From a virus (taxonomy: Duplodnaviria; Caudoviricetes): a DNA stretch of 64,000 nt. Below are positions 16,903 to 27,200 of the stretch, one piece after another. The notes below the pieces were generated by a model that did no database searches, had not been told where the DNA came from, and saw only the letters and a program-made list of their open reading frames with translations. The stretch covers positions 1 through 64,000 of the IMG/VR virus record IMGVR_UViG_3300033076_001137; one strand, 5' to 3'. The number at the start of each line of letters is the position of its first letter. The first letter of the stretch is position 1. A program made the position numbers and the translations under genes.

Positions 16903-18365
16903 TTTTCCTCCTTGATTCCAGCGAGCTTCGCCCATCTGTCGATATTACCTTCTTTGCCTTCTGTGAACACGAAGTTTGGACCGACAACCCGATTGAGCTC
17001 GCGACGCATTGCGTCCTGATCGATCAGGCTCATCAAGCTGCTGAGATTTGAGTTTCGCTCGCCGGGAGTCGCTCCTTTGACTATCGAAGTTGTTCTGATG
17101 AAGTTGTCGAATGATTGTGACCGCGCCGGAGTACCTGAGGATGCTCCCCCACCTCGTCCGCCTCCAGATGATGAGCCTCCTCCGCCTGTGGCACCGCCGC
17201 CGCCCGAGCCACCCGCAGAGGGTCCCGCGCCTGCGCCCGCTGGTGATGTGCCAGGTGATCTAGACCCAGTGAACATCGCAGTGATCGCCCCGAGGCCAGT
17301 AAGGACCAGAGTATCAGCGAGATCATAGGTTGACATGTCACCCGTATCGTGAGTAGTATTCTCGGTAAATGCTGCAAACATTTCCTTGAAATCTTTGAGA
17401 GTCAAAGCTTTTATTTCACCAGCGAGTGCGGTCGTCGAGAGGAAAGAAGGGTCAGGTTTGAGATCTGGCGGCTTCTCTCTGAAAATACGAAACGCGTTCT
17501 CTATCTTACCAGCCGCCGCAGTGGAGACCTTGAAATTATCCTTCACGACCTTGTTCGTGTTGAACCTCTTGTCCGACTCCCTGCTCCCGATCGTTTGATT
17601 CAAAACCCCTGGGGACGGAGGAGATGGGATGTTGAGGAAGTTAAGCTTTAAAGCTCCTGATACGGGAGCAGGGTCTCCTTCAGCATCGCGTTGAACGAAA
17701 AACAATTTGCCAGTTGGAACTCTAGCGAACATCGGAGGAGCACCACGGAGATCAAGTCTCGCTGAAACCAGCGGAGCCGAGGTCTCAGGACCGATAAGCA
17801 TAAAGTTCGTTTCTCTGATATAGATCGAATAGTTGTCGCCCAGCGATTTTGCATCAGAAAATGGAACCGTCTTGGCTGGTCCGAATCGCGCGGTGGGAGG
17901 AGTCACACCCGCAGGTGAAGCAGCGGGGGGTATTATCTGCAGAGCGATCGCCTGATCAGTGTAAAACTTGTCTACCCTATTGTAGTCTGAGAGCAAAAGA
18001 AGTCGTATAGCGTCCATAGCGTTCAGTATGGAGAACTTTAAAACTTCAGTTTTGGTGATGGTATCGATCAAGTCCTTGTGCTTGGATGTCAGACCGACAG
18101 CCGACATAATTGAACTGGCCAGACCGGGTGTCTCAGACATCTTGCTGTTTATTAGATTTATAGATTTTCTAATACCAGCTGCCGTTTTTGGCATCTTCGC
18201 GCCGATCGTACTCTCGATTTTAGACAGTGGCTCTATCGATTTTGTCGCGAGGTCAAGAGCGGATCGATCCGCAGATGCCTCCAGGAGAAAATCCATTTTA
18301 TGATCATGCAGTGACAGTTCAGCCAGCATGACGGAACTTTTCTTCTGCGTCTTGTCAACTTTCAT
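16899..18365 (-). CDS. Hypothetical protein, probable virion protein
   Basis: ORF 488 aa; FLLEAS, Gly-rich linker, C-terminal DRWAKLAGI; ATAATTAA upstream. Confidence 0.75.
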   Translation of the reverse strand: MKVDKTQKKSSVMLAELSLHDHKMDFLLEASADRSALDLATKSIEPLSKIESTIGAKMPKTAAGIRKSINLINSKMSETPGLASSIMSAVGLTSKHKDLIDTITKTEVLKFSILNAMDAIRLLLLSDYNRVDKFYTDQAIALQIIPPAASPAGVTPPTARFGPAKTVPFSDAKSLGDNYSIYIRETNFMLIGPETSAPLVSARLDLRGAPPMFARVPTGKLFFVQRDAEGDPAPVSGALKLNFLNIPSPPSPGVLNQTIGSRESDKRFNTNKVVKDNFKVSTAAAGKIENAFRIFREKPPDLKPDPSFLSTTALAGEIKALTLKDFKEMFAAFTENTTHDTGDMSTYDLADTLVLTGLGAITAMFTGSRSPGTSPAGAGAGPSAGGSGGGGATGGGGSSSGGGRGGGASSGTPARSQSFDNFIRTTSIVKGATPGERNSNLSSLMSLIDQDAMRRELNRVVGPNFVFTEGKEGNIDRWAKLAGIKEEK

Positions 18366-18389
18366 ATAGAGATTCCTAGCGTGCGTAGT

Positions 18390-18815
18390 TTAATTATCAC
18401 GCTCTGAGGATGATTGTCTAACCTTTATACCCGCGCTCGACAGAAGATCGAGACCTGATGTGTCACGATACTTCTCAAGATAGATCACCTCGTCGATTCG
18501 AGCATTGATGATAGCTTTTGCGCACATGCGACATGGACTGAGACTTACGTACATCTTCTTACGTTTTGGACTGTTAAAATCTAGCTTTATCAAAGCGTTC
18601 ACCTCAGCGTGAATAAAACCGGACTCCCCCGGCGCCTCGGACTCTCTGCAATTCGAACCCCCGGTGTGATCACCGTTGTAGCCCAAAGATAGAAGCTGCG
18701 TGTTATCATCGGTCACGATGATCGCTGCGACCTTGAAGGATGGATCGGAGGAACGTCTAGCGATAGTATTAACGACGTCTCCCCAAACTTGATCCCAAGT
18801 TGGACGATCATTCAT
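18390..18815 (-). CDS. dCMP deaminase
   Basis: GYNG, HAEVNA and SPCRMC zinc-binding motifs. Confidence 0.92.
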   Translation of the reverse strand: MNDRPTWDQVWGDVVNTIARRSSDPSFKVAAIIVTDDNTQLLSLGYNGDHTGGSNCRESEAPGESGFIHAEVNALIKLDFNSPKRKKMYVSLSPCRMCAKAIINARIDEVIYLEKYRDTSGLDLLSSAGIKVRQSSSERDN

Positions 18816-19660
18816 GCGCCAGCTCCATCGAAAATGCTCTCAATGCTTACGCTCGGAGGAAGCGAAAACCCAGCTGCTTTTCTATGACCCCCGCCTCCGA
18901 ATCGTTTTGCGACTTCACTGACGTCAGCATCATCATGATGAGCTCGAAGACTCACCTTCACCTGTCGAGTATCGTGATCGTAGTACCAGATGAGTGCGTA
19001 ATCGCATCTTGGTGAAAGAGCGTTTCCAATCTCGGACATCCAGTGAGGAGAATTAACGACAAGAACATCCTTACCGTCAATCTTCCTCGGAGCGGCGTGC
19101 TTTGCGATCTTGGAAATAACAGTCTTCGAATATGCTAGGATGTAGGCCCCGCGTTCCTGAGCGTTATCGACCGCAGAGTCATCGAGGTACTTGTCGAACT
19201 CCTCGAAGTCGAAAGGAACCATGTCAAAAGCTGCGGCGAACTCTTTGCTGTACGGGATCTCCCACTTCCAGAGGTCCCGATCTTCGATGTGACGGATCAT
19301 TCGTGGAGGTTCCTTGCCCGGATGAAAGAACTTCCATGCCAGCATTGCACCGCTGTGATTCATATCGAAATGAGTGCAGGAAATGTCGTGAAGCTCCACC
19401 ATAGCAGATTTATGATGATCGATGACGATGAGACCCTTCGCGTCCTTTATCATCCTCTTAGTCGTAGAGTTATCATAAGAGAAATCCACAATGACCACAT
19501 TCTTGCCCTTTACGTCCGGAGGAGCCTCTCCATATTTCGCAGCGTGATACTCAGCTCGATCTCCGAGAAGCTTCCAGGCTGCGTAAGCAGCTCCGAAACC
19601 GTCAGTGCAATTTCCGTGATAAATGACAAGCTCAACGCTAGACGGCTCTAGAATAGACAT
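18812..19660 (-). CDS. DHH/DHHA1 phosphoesterase (nanoRNase-like)
   Basis: YHGNCTDG, VDFS, IDHHKS, DRDLW, FGGGGHRKAAG. Confidence 0.9.
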   Translation of the reverse strand: MSILEPSSVELVIYHGNCTDGFGAAYAAWKLLGDRAEYHAAKYGEAPPDVKGKNVVIVDFSYDNSTTKRMIKDAKGLIVIDHHKSAMVELHDISCTHFDMNHSGAMLAWKFFHPGKEPPRMIRHIEDRDLWKWEIPYSKEFAAAFDMVPFDFEEFDKYLDDSAVDNAQERGAYILAYSKTVISKIAKHAAPRKIDGKDVLVVNSPHWMSEIGNALSPRCDYALIWYYDHDTRQVKVSLRAHHDDADVSEVAKRFGGGGHRKAAGFSLPPSVSIESIFDGAGA

Positions 19661-19677
19661 GTTCCCTCTTCACCAAA

Positions 19678-20277
19678 TTATTCCGCAAGAAGGTCGGAAT
19701 TACACATGATGGGATGATGACGGAAACATCTCGGCTCGTACATGCTCTTTCCCCCCACTTCGATCTCAAGATCACTATCGCTTAGCTTTGCGGTGTAATA
19801 CGCATCGTTTCCGCAAACCGGGCACACGGCCGAGCATTTCTCGATCTTGGTAGCGTATGGCATCAATCTCTCGATCTCGTCGAACGGCTTGCATCGTGCA
19901 CTAAGATCAAGACTGGCGACCAACACTGTAGTGCCCCTCCGCATGATCTGGAGGACCGCTGAGGTCACTCCATCAATCATGAAGGCTTCGTCTATAGCCA
20001 CCGCATCAATTGTCTCCTCGTATGACTGGAAGTGGTTCCAGAGCATCTGCCCAGAATTGACGCAATGGGCTGGCCACTTGGCGCCTGAATGGGTGGTGAT
20101 ATGGGAAAGCGAATACCTCTCATCCATCGTTGGTTTGTAAGCAATTACCTTCCTTCCCTGGAGCTTTAATCTCTCCATGGAAGCAACGAGACGTGTGGTC
20201 TTAGATCCCCACATAGGTCCAGTATAGATGATAAGATCAGGGTTGTTTGGCATTCGCTCTTCCATAATCGTCCTCAA
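19678..20277 (-). CDS. tdk: Thymidine kinase
   Basis: GPMWGSKTT, IDEAFM, C..C..., EVGG..MYEPRCFRH. Confidence 0.92.
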   Translation of the reverse strand: MRTIMEERMPNNPDLIIYTGPMWGSKTTRLVASMERLKLQGRKVIAYKPTMDERYSLSHITTHSGAKWPAHCVNSGQMLWNHFQSYEETIDAVAIDEAFMIDGVTSAVLQIMRRGTTVLVASLDLSARCKPFDEIERLMPYATKIEKCSAVCPVCGNDAYYTAKLSDSDLEIEVGGKSMYEPRCFRHHPIMCNSDLLAE

Positions 20278-20650
20278 TTCTTATGGGTTCATTATCATGA
20301 CGATCACCGATCTCGATCAGCTTACAATCCTCGAGAGCGGTCAATCGATACGGACACTCCGACAGTACGTGAATAACGTCGCCCTTCCGTAGAATTCTTG
20401 ATTGCATCGGGTGCTTTTCTGGACGGTTCATTGTTTCAGAATTTCCAAAATCGACCCTGACGGTTCCATCCAAAACAACGAAAACTTCGTTCTTCAACGT
20501 ATGATACTTTAGACTTGTCCTGTGACCCTCGCGAATATGAATGATCTTGCCATGAGTTCCGTGAACACCGTCCCAAACGTAGGACTCCCCCCAGGGTCTA
20601 TTCTCGAACCGGGCTGTCGAAGTCCAAATATGCTTAGGCGCTCTTCCCAT
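20237..20650 (-). CDS. Cupin, mannose-6-phosphate isomerase type II C-terminal-like
   Basis: RPWG...KIIHI..GHRTSLKYH..KNE..VVL.G...IEI......IRIEDDYGR. Confidence 0.8.
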   Translation of the reverse strand: MGRAPKHIWTSTARFENRPWGESYVWDGVHGTHGKIIHIREGHRTSLKYHTLKNEVFVVLDGTVRVDFGNSETMNRPEKHPMQSRILRKGDVIHVLSECPYRLTALEDCKLIEIGDRHDNEPIRIEDDYGRANAKQP

Positions 20651-21653
20651 CGAGTCCCCACCATCTTAGTGTAATTTCGAGACCTTCCTCGAACTGCACA
20701 TGCGGTACCCAACCAAGAGCCTGATTGATGATGTTGACATCAGCAAGCGTGTCCCTCACATCGCCCGGGCGTGCTGGAGCATGTGCAATCTCGAGATTGG
20801 GAAATCGATCCTTGAACATATCGAGAACCTCGATATTCGCGTACGACTTTCCAGATCCAACATTGAAAGCGTGACCCCGGAGATCATGCTGCGTCTCAGC
20901 TGCCAGACGATTGGCTCGAGCAACGTCGCCAACGAATACAAGGTCACGTGTCTGGTACCCATCACCGTCCGAACGGAGAGGACGACCTTCCTTCAACGCG
21001 CTGCACCAGGCTGCAACGGCGGTGGAGTATGGTGACTTACCGTCCTGACCCGGTCCATACACGTTGAAGTAACGAAGGCACACGCTCTTCTGCTGATACA
21101 GACGTCCGAATAGCGTGAGATAGTCCTCGATCATGCGCTTCTGAAGACCGTAAGGAGACTGCGGGTTCGAAGGAGCGAACTCGGTGGTGGGAAGCTGCTC
21201 GATGTCACCATAGATCGCGGAGGAGGAAGAGAACACGAACTTCGTGCTTCCGCCGCGGAGGGCGTCGAGAAGTGCAAGAGTGCGTGTGACATTGAGATCA
21301 TTCGATTCGAACGGGTACTCAACAGAGAACCCAACGCGTGGCATCGCTGCAAGATGGAAGATGACATCATAGCGTCCGGACTTCGAATGTCCTAGGACTT
21401 CTCTATGTGCAAAATCACCCTCAATGACAAGCACGGAGCCCGTCTTTCGCTCCGACTCTGGATGCTTCAGCTCGAAATCTGGGAGCAGATCTGCAGGACA
21501 TGCTCGAAAATTGAGACCATTCAGAGCATCGAGAGAGCCGTTGGACATGTCATCGACAACATCGACAGTATAATCATGAGCTACGAGCTCACGAACGACG
21601 TGGGAACCAATAAAACCGCATCCGCCCGTTACAAGGGCTCGCTTATTACTCAT
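20634..21653 (-). CDS. NAD-dependent NDP-sugar epimerase/dehydratase (GalE/WbpP-like)
   Basis: TGGCGFIGSH, HLAA, SSSAIYG, YGLQK (YxxxK), RYFNVYGPGQD, RDLVFVGDVA. Confidence 0.92.
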   Translation of the reverse strand: MSNKRALVTGGCGFIGSHVVRELVAHDYTVDVVDDMSNGSLDALNGLNFRACPADLLPDFELKHPESERKTGSVLVIEGDFAHREVLGHSKSGRYDVIFHLAAMPRVGFSVEYPFESNDLNVTRTLALLDALRGGSTKFVFSSSSAIYGDIEQLPTTEFAPSNPQSPYGLQKRMIEDYLTLFGRLYQQKSVCLRYFNVYGPGQDGKSPYSTAVAAWCSALKEGRPLRSDGDGYQTRDLVFVGDVARANRLAAETQHDLRGHAFNVGSGKSYANIEVLDMFKDRFPNLEIAHAPARPGDVRDTLADVNIINQALGWVPHVQFEEGLEITLRWWGLDGKSA

Positions 21654-21656
21654 TTG

Positions 21657-22655
21657 TTACCTCTTGAAAAAGTGATAGCCAGGATGTTCAGTGCTGACAA
21701 TTAGACGACGAGCGTGACTCTCGTCCTTCATCTTTCTAGCGCGAAAAGAGATGAGAATGTTAGACCAATCGTTCACGAGCGATCGAGCCGCAGGATCTTC
21801 TAGAGCATCGCTCAGTTTTGGAGATACAAGCACGAATCCGTCCTTGATCGCTCCCTCGCTCGCTTCCCACACCGCTCTTTCGACGCTCATCAAATCATTG
21901 ATGGGAAAGCTCTTGGGAAGAGCTGGCATCGGACGACCTAAGTTATCGCTTGAATTTGCGATCGCGTTGAGCATCTCGAAATCTCGCTCATAGCAGTGGA
22001 GGGAATTGGAAGTGTGAACGTACTCTCCAAGATCAACCTCAAGCTCATTCGCAAGAACTTCCTGCATAATCGTAAAAGCAGGAACGTCGTACGCGATTCC
22101 GAGAATGATATCGCTGGAGCGCATGTTAACGTGCAGATGAAGTTTGCCATCACGGATGAAGAACTGGAGCGCAAGTGTGCATGGTACGTCCTTAACAGCG
22201 TGAAGAGAGTCATCGGGAGTTCTGATATGGATGACAGCACGACGGCTATCAGGATCACGCTTGAGTTCTTCCTTCACGTACTTCCACTGATTCAGACCGC
22301 CGTCGGCAATTCGCGGATGCAGCTTGAAAATTCTAGCGCCGTAAGCTGAATTTGCCGTCAGACCGTCATCACTGATGTCCTTCCAGAAAGAAGCGTAACG
22401 GGAGATCCACTCGGTGGAATTGTTACCGCTCATATACCATAACGTCTCAGCCACGAAATACGATAGCGAAAAATTACGAGCTTCGATATGAGGAAGACGA
22501 TCGCGAACGTTTCTGATCCTAAACTGAACGCCTAGCTTCTCCTTGATCTTCATACCGCGTGGTGATGAGACGAAATCCGACTCATCACGAATCATGCGGC
22601 ACAGATCAACGTAAGCGTGCGAGAAATTTCCGTAAGTCTTCATAGCTTCAGCCAC
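21657..22655 (-). CDS. Thymidylate-synthase homologue, dCMP-type (putative dCMP hydroxymethylase/methylase)
   Basis: AYGARI, DSRRA, PCT, MRSSD, GIAYDVPAF (Asp at the E. coli ThyA Asn177 specificity position), SLHCYERD. Confidence 0.8.
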   Translation of the reverse strand: MAEAMKTYGNFSHAYVDLCRMIRDESDFVSSPRGMKIKEKLGVQFRIRNVRDRLPHIEARNFSLSYFVAETLWYMSGNNSTEWISRYASFWKDISDDGLTANSAYGARIFKLHPRIADGGLNQWKYVKEELKRDPDSRRAVIHIRTPDDSLHAVKDVPCTLALQFFIRDGKLHLHVNMRSSDIILGIAYDVPAFTIMQEVLANELEVDLGEYVHTSNSLHCYERDFEMLNAIANSSDNLGRPMPALPKSFPINDLMSVERAVWEASEGAIKDGFVLVSPKLSDALEDPAARSLVNDWSNILISFRARKMKDESHARRLIVSTEHPGYHFFKR

Positions 22656-23155
22656 TCCCTAATTTCGAGCGTCTCACGCTCGAGATTTTCGTCATCAACC
22701 CAGATCGTAAGGACCTCACACTTCGTCCACTTCTCAAACTCTGCATAGAGGCCGTCAAGCCTCTCGAGCGCGTGAGAGTCAATGTAACTGTGGAGGTCGT
22801 CACATATCCCATTATAACTCTTCCTGCGGCAGATAACAATCTTACCGTTGGCTTCCGCAAACTTTTCGTCAACCTTACGAAGAACCTCGTCATCTGTCTC
22901 ACGGTTGAAGTGCCTTGAGTAAACCCATTCCGACGCATAATTCCTGTCCATGATGACACTAGCGCGTGTCTGATGGAGAAAATCAGTCAGGAATGTGGCT
23001 CCGTATTTCAGAAGATTCTTGAAATAGCTCGGATCACGTAGATCAGTGAACCACTCTCCCGAATTCTTGAATACTGGGAGTCCCAGTTGACGGGAAAGTT
23101 CAGCAGCGACTTGCGTCTTTCCCGTCATATCTGGACCTTCGAGTGCGATCAACAT
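22640..23155 (-). CDS. Deoxynucleoside monophosphate kinase (thymidylate-kinase-like)
   Basis: LEGPDMTGKT P-loop and MDRNYASEWVY. Confidence 0.85.
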   Translation of the reverse strand: MLIALEGPDMTGKTQVAAELSRQLGLPVFKNSGEWFTDLRDPSYFKNLLKYGATFLTDFLHQTRASVIMDRNYASEWVYSRHFNRETDDEVLRKVDEKFAEANGKIVICRRKSYNGICDDLHSYIDSHALERLDGLYAEFEKWTKCEVLTIWVDDENLERETLEIREWLKL

Positions 23156-23156
23156 C

Positions 23157-24212
23157 TTAACCTCGCTTTGCGTGTTGTTCGATCATATCAATCTTATGCT
23201 CGGGACTAAAATCTACAACCTTCCGGAGAGCCTCTTCCTGGCGAGCGATAATATCAACTCGCTCAGCGACGGTCGTCTGGGAAAGTCGAGTCACTGCTCG
23301 TACGACGTCCTCGGGATCATTGACAAGAAACTCTCCAAGCCCTACGGGTCGAGCGTGAACGTATTCATTAGGAATGAGCGATACGACACCTGCCTGGATC
23401 GCCTCGGTGAAGCGCATGGTGATGTTGCCGTACGGTGTGTAATCATCACGTGTGATGTGCGTCACGGCAATCGAGTTGTTGATGATTCCGAAGATCTCCT
23501 TGTACGCGAGACGATGTCCGAAGGCAACATGTGGATTCTCGCGGAGAAGGACGCTCGGATCCCTGCGCTCAGGGCTTCTCTCCAACCAGTTGCCCCAGAC
23601 CTTTGTCTGAATTCCGCGCTCTCGAAGAGCGCTGCTTGGCTGCGAATAGTACTTCTTAAATTGTGGATCACGATCGTAGTTGTTACCAACGTATGTGTAG
23701 TTGTACGAGTACTCAGCCGGCTTGAAGAGTCGACGTGCAGAGGATGCCCACGGCATAGAAATACGCGAACGCGTCTGCTCTCGTGGATTGATGCATGCAT
23801 CAGCGAGCTGAGCGTTTGGCCACCGTTGTTCCTCCTCGGGTGTCATCTTCAGATCGCCATCGTGAATGATGATGGGAACTCCCTTCTCGTGATAGTAATC
23901 AAGGAGAGCACACTGGCGTCGATAATCAGGTTCGGTCGCTCGATCACCACCGAGAGTAGAATCATTCTTCCAAGTTGGCCAACGCCACTCAACGAAAAGA
24001 ACGTCGCCATCAGGAAATCCGGTGTCATCGTACTGAACGCCCGGATAAGGATCATCATCACGACGCTGCTGAACCTGGATCACCGTATGTCCACGGCGTT
24101 GCATCTCATCCACAAGATCAACTCGACCTCCTCGATAGTGATCTGGTGTTGCGGAGACAGTCTGCTTTTCGAAAGGGGTCACGAAGCCCCAGAAAGAGTA
24201 TAGAATTCGCAT
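23157..24212 (-). CDS. GT-B glycosyltransferase, T4 DNA beta-glucosyltransferase-like
   Basis: 351 aa; YTYVGNNYDR / VWGN / ITMRFTEAIQAG / FLVNDPEDV parallel the recalled T4 BGT segments IYGGSFR / FFGN / ITLRVWE / FYVNNRAEL. Confidence 0.65.
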   Translation of the reverse strand: MRILYSFWGFVTPFEKQTVSATPDHYRGGRVDLVDEMQRRGHTVIQVQQRRDDDPYPGVQYDDTGFPDGDVLFVEWRWPTWKNDSTLGGDRATEPDYRRQCALLDYYHEKGVPIIIHDGDLKMTPEEEQRWPNAQLADACINPREQTRSRISMPWASSARRLFKPAEYSYNYTYVGNNYDRDPQFKKYYSQPSSALRERGIQTKVWGNWLERSPERRDPSVLLRENPHVAFGHRLAYKEIFGIINNSIAVTHITRDDYTPYGNITMRFTEAIQAGVVSLIPNEYVHARPVGLGEFLVNDPEDVVRAVTRLSQTTVAERVDIIARQEEALRKVVDFSPEHKIDMIEQHAKRG

Positions 24213-24220
24213 GATTTACC

Positions 24221-27200
24221 TCACATAACCTTGATTTTCTTACCTTTTGTCGACAACCCGAAGTCAGAACGATCAACCTCGGCAACGCATAGGGTGTATG
24301 GTTCGAATCCAATCTTACCATCCCAATCCCACATGAACATCTTTTCCGTATTTCCGGCCTCACCCATCACCTGAAGCATCAAGTAGGGCTTTCCATTCTT
24401 TGTCTTCTTCTCGACCGAGCTCACGATGACAAACCAGTAGATGTCAAGTCTCTCCCAACTGTCGATGGAGTAAACCTCCTTGTCTTTGAACTTTTGACGA
24501 AGCTCAGGAGACACGAGAGAGAGTGGATCCATCTTACCAGAAAGTTCGATCTGCATAAGTGCCATCTCGCGACGGGTCCATTCGGGCATACCCTCAGTCT
24601 CGACTATGAGCTCTCGGAACTTCTTAATTCCACGCTGCGGATCTTTCTTGGCCCACTTCTTGATATCCTCGGCATTTTCGACAAGAACGTGGTGCATCTG
24701 CTTCCACGAAGAGAACTGCCTATCCTTTCCGACAACTTTCATCGACTCGAAAGCGTTAGCCTTGATAAGAGCCTCGAGGGCTCGACGGTTGAATTTCGAT
24801 GGACGCCACTGACCGTCCTCCTTCCACAGCATCTCCTCGATGCTTCGGTACGGACGACATGTCACGATCTCCTCGATCGCCGTCTCGCCAACGCCCTTAA
24901 TCGTGTTGAACGATGGAATAAGCAGCTTGCGCTCCGAATCAACGGACCACTGGTTCGTGGAGAGATTGATATCGACGTTGCCGATTTCGTACCCCATCTT
25001 CTTCACGTCAGAGATTGCCTGAGATCGATCGTCTGGATTGCCAATCATCGATTCCATGTAAGCGCAGAGCCACTCAGCCTCGTAGTAAGTCAGCAGCCAG
25101 GCGCAGTAGAAAGAGTCGATAGCGTAGGCCAGAGCGTGTGAGAGGTTGAAGCCGTAACCTGCGAAGAAGAGGATGTCATCCCAGAGCTTCGAAGCGACAG
25201 ATTCCTTGATACCGTTGCCGACCGCGCCGTTGACGAAGTTGTCCTTCATCGCCTTCGCTTTCTTCATCGATTCCTCAGGGTTGCCGCCCTGCCGCTTCAG
25301 GATGTTCTTACGTACCTTGTCACACTCGGACTTCGGGAACCCAGCCACCACGTTACAGAGCTGCATGAGCTGCTCTTGGAAGATGATGCACCCGAACGTC
25401 GGCTCGAGAACCTGCTTGATGAGCGGGTGCTTGTAGTCGATATTTCGAGGGTTCGCTTTCGCCTCGAGGTAGAGCTTATCAACCTTTGCTGCAAGAGGAC
25501 CGGGTCGGAAAACCGAGGTCAGGGTTGCGATATCGATGATCGATCTGGGCTTCGCGTTCTGGAAGAGACGTTGGGCTCCCTTGCTGGTGAGCTGGAATAC
25601 ACCGGGAGTTCTGGAAGTTGCCTCGTGGTAGACATTCTCATACACCTTCTGATCATCGAAGTTGATCACGTCAGTTGCCATATGTTGATCGAACCACGTC
25701 TTAACCTCTTGGAACGTCGGATTCTTGATCCCATGATGACGCTGGAGGATGAGCTCAATCGTTCGATGGATGGTTCGAAGAGTTTCAAGCCCTAGCAGGT
25801 CGAACTTAACCCAGCCCAACATCTCGAGATGTTTATAGTTCATACCCTCGACCCACGGCGTCTGCTGCTCACCCTTCGCCATGATGAGTGGCATTCGCTC
25901 CTGGATGCGCTCCGAGATGATGACACCACCAGCATGTCTACCAAGCGCCTTGTTCTGCCGGAAGAGAACCTTGATCGATTCGGAAACCTGTGGGTATCGA
26001 TCGATGAATTCTCGGAAGCTCTGGCAGTGCTCGTAGCTGTCCTCGAAAGTCAGGACGAAGAGGTTCTTGTCATCGCCAACCTTCTTGGTTGCCTCCATGA
26101 CCTCTTTCTCGACAGTCTTCAGGGCTGCGTTGACCTCCTCGAGCGGAATATCGTACAGTCGAGAAACATCTCGGATGAGTGTCTTGAGCTTGAAGGTGTT
26201 GTAGTTCGAGATCGGAACGATGTTCTCGCCGCCGAACTTCTCGCGTAGGATCGAGAGGAGCAGGTCGCGGTTCTCAACGTCGGTATCGATGTCAGGCAGA
26301 CCCTCACGGTCGGGCGACAGGAATCGCTCGAAGAGAAGACCGTACTTGATTGGATCAACGTCGGTGATGCCAAGTACGTAGCAGACGAGGGAGCCGGCAC
26401 CGGATCCTCGACCGACGCCGACGAACATCTGCTCCTTCGCGGCAGAGATGATCTCCTTCATCGTGAGGAAGTAGGACGCGAAATCCTTCTGCTTGATGAC
26501 GTCAAGCTCGTAACGGGCACGCTCGACGTACTCGGGATTCTTATCGAAACCCTTCGCAGCGAGACCAGCCTCGACCGACTCAACGAGAGCCTCATTCGCG
26601 GTCTTGCCCTTCGGGATGACGTAGCTCGGTAGCTTCACGGATCGATCAGGCTGAACGTCACCGATCTCCTCGTGAGCAAGATGCCAGGTACGCTCGACCG
26701 CCTTGCGAACAAGCTCCTCCTCACCGCGGTAGAAATCATCGGTCCCACGGGAGATCATGAACTCATCCCAGACCTGAGTCGCGTTCTTCGGGTAGAGCTC
26801 ACACTTCAGCTGGTCCTTGCTCTTCGGGATCGAATCCGCCGAGAGGTCAGCGTAGTTGAGCCAGCCGAGCTTCTTGTAGATCTCGCGTTCCTTCCAATGC
26901 TCCGGACGCGCGTAGTGGGAGTCGCAGGTGACAACGAGCTGGTCAGTCATGCCCTGACGCTTGGCGAACTCCATGATCGCTCGATTGACGATGTGCTGGG
27001 CTGGCAGACGGTTGAACTGAAGCTCGAGCATCACGTTCTTACGACCCACCGCCCAGGCAAGGCTGTCGAACGAATTTCCCACACGATTGATAACACGTTC
27101 CATGATCGAGGGATCATTGAGGAGTCGGCTGTTCAGACTCTCAAAGCTGTGCTCCTGCAGCTCACGGAAGACCTCAAAAGCGAGTGGACCACCGATGCAA

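Noticed and set aside
21657-22655. Ordinary thyA annotation
   Set aside because: Asp replaces the dUMP-specifying Asn, PCT replaces PCH, and ThyX is present.
23172-24203. Long plus-strand ORFs (343 aa here; also 39996..41246, 13042..13668, 61466..62212 and others)
   Set aside because: They are antisense shadows of well-supported minus-strand genes, with no motifs or RBS; such shadows are expected with this codon bias.
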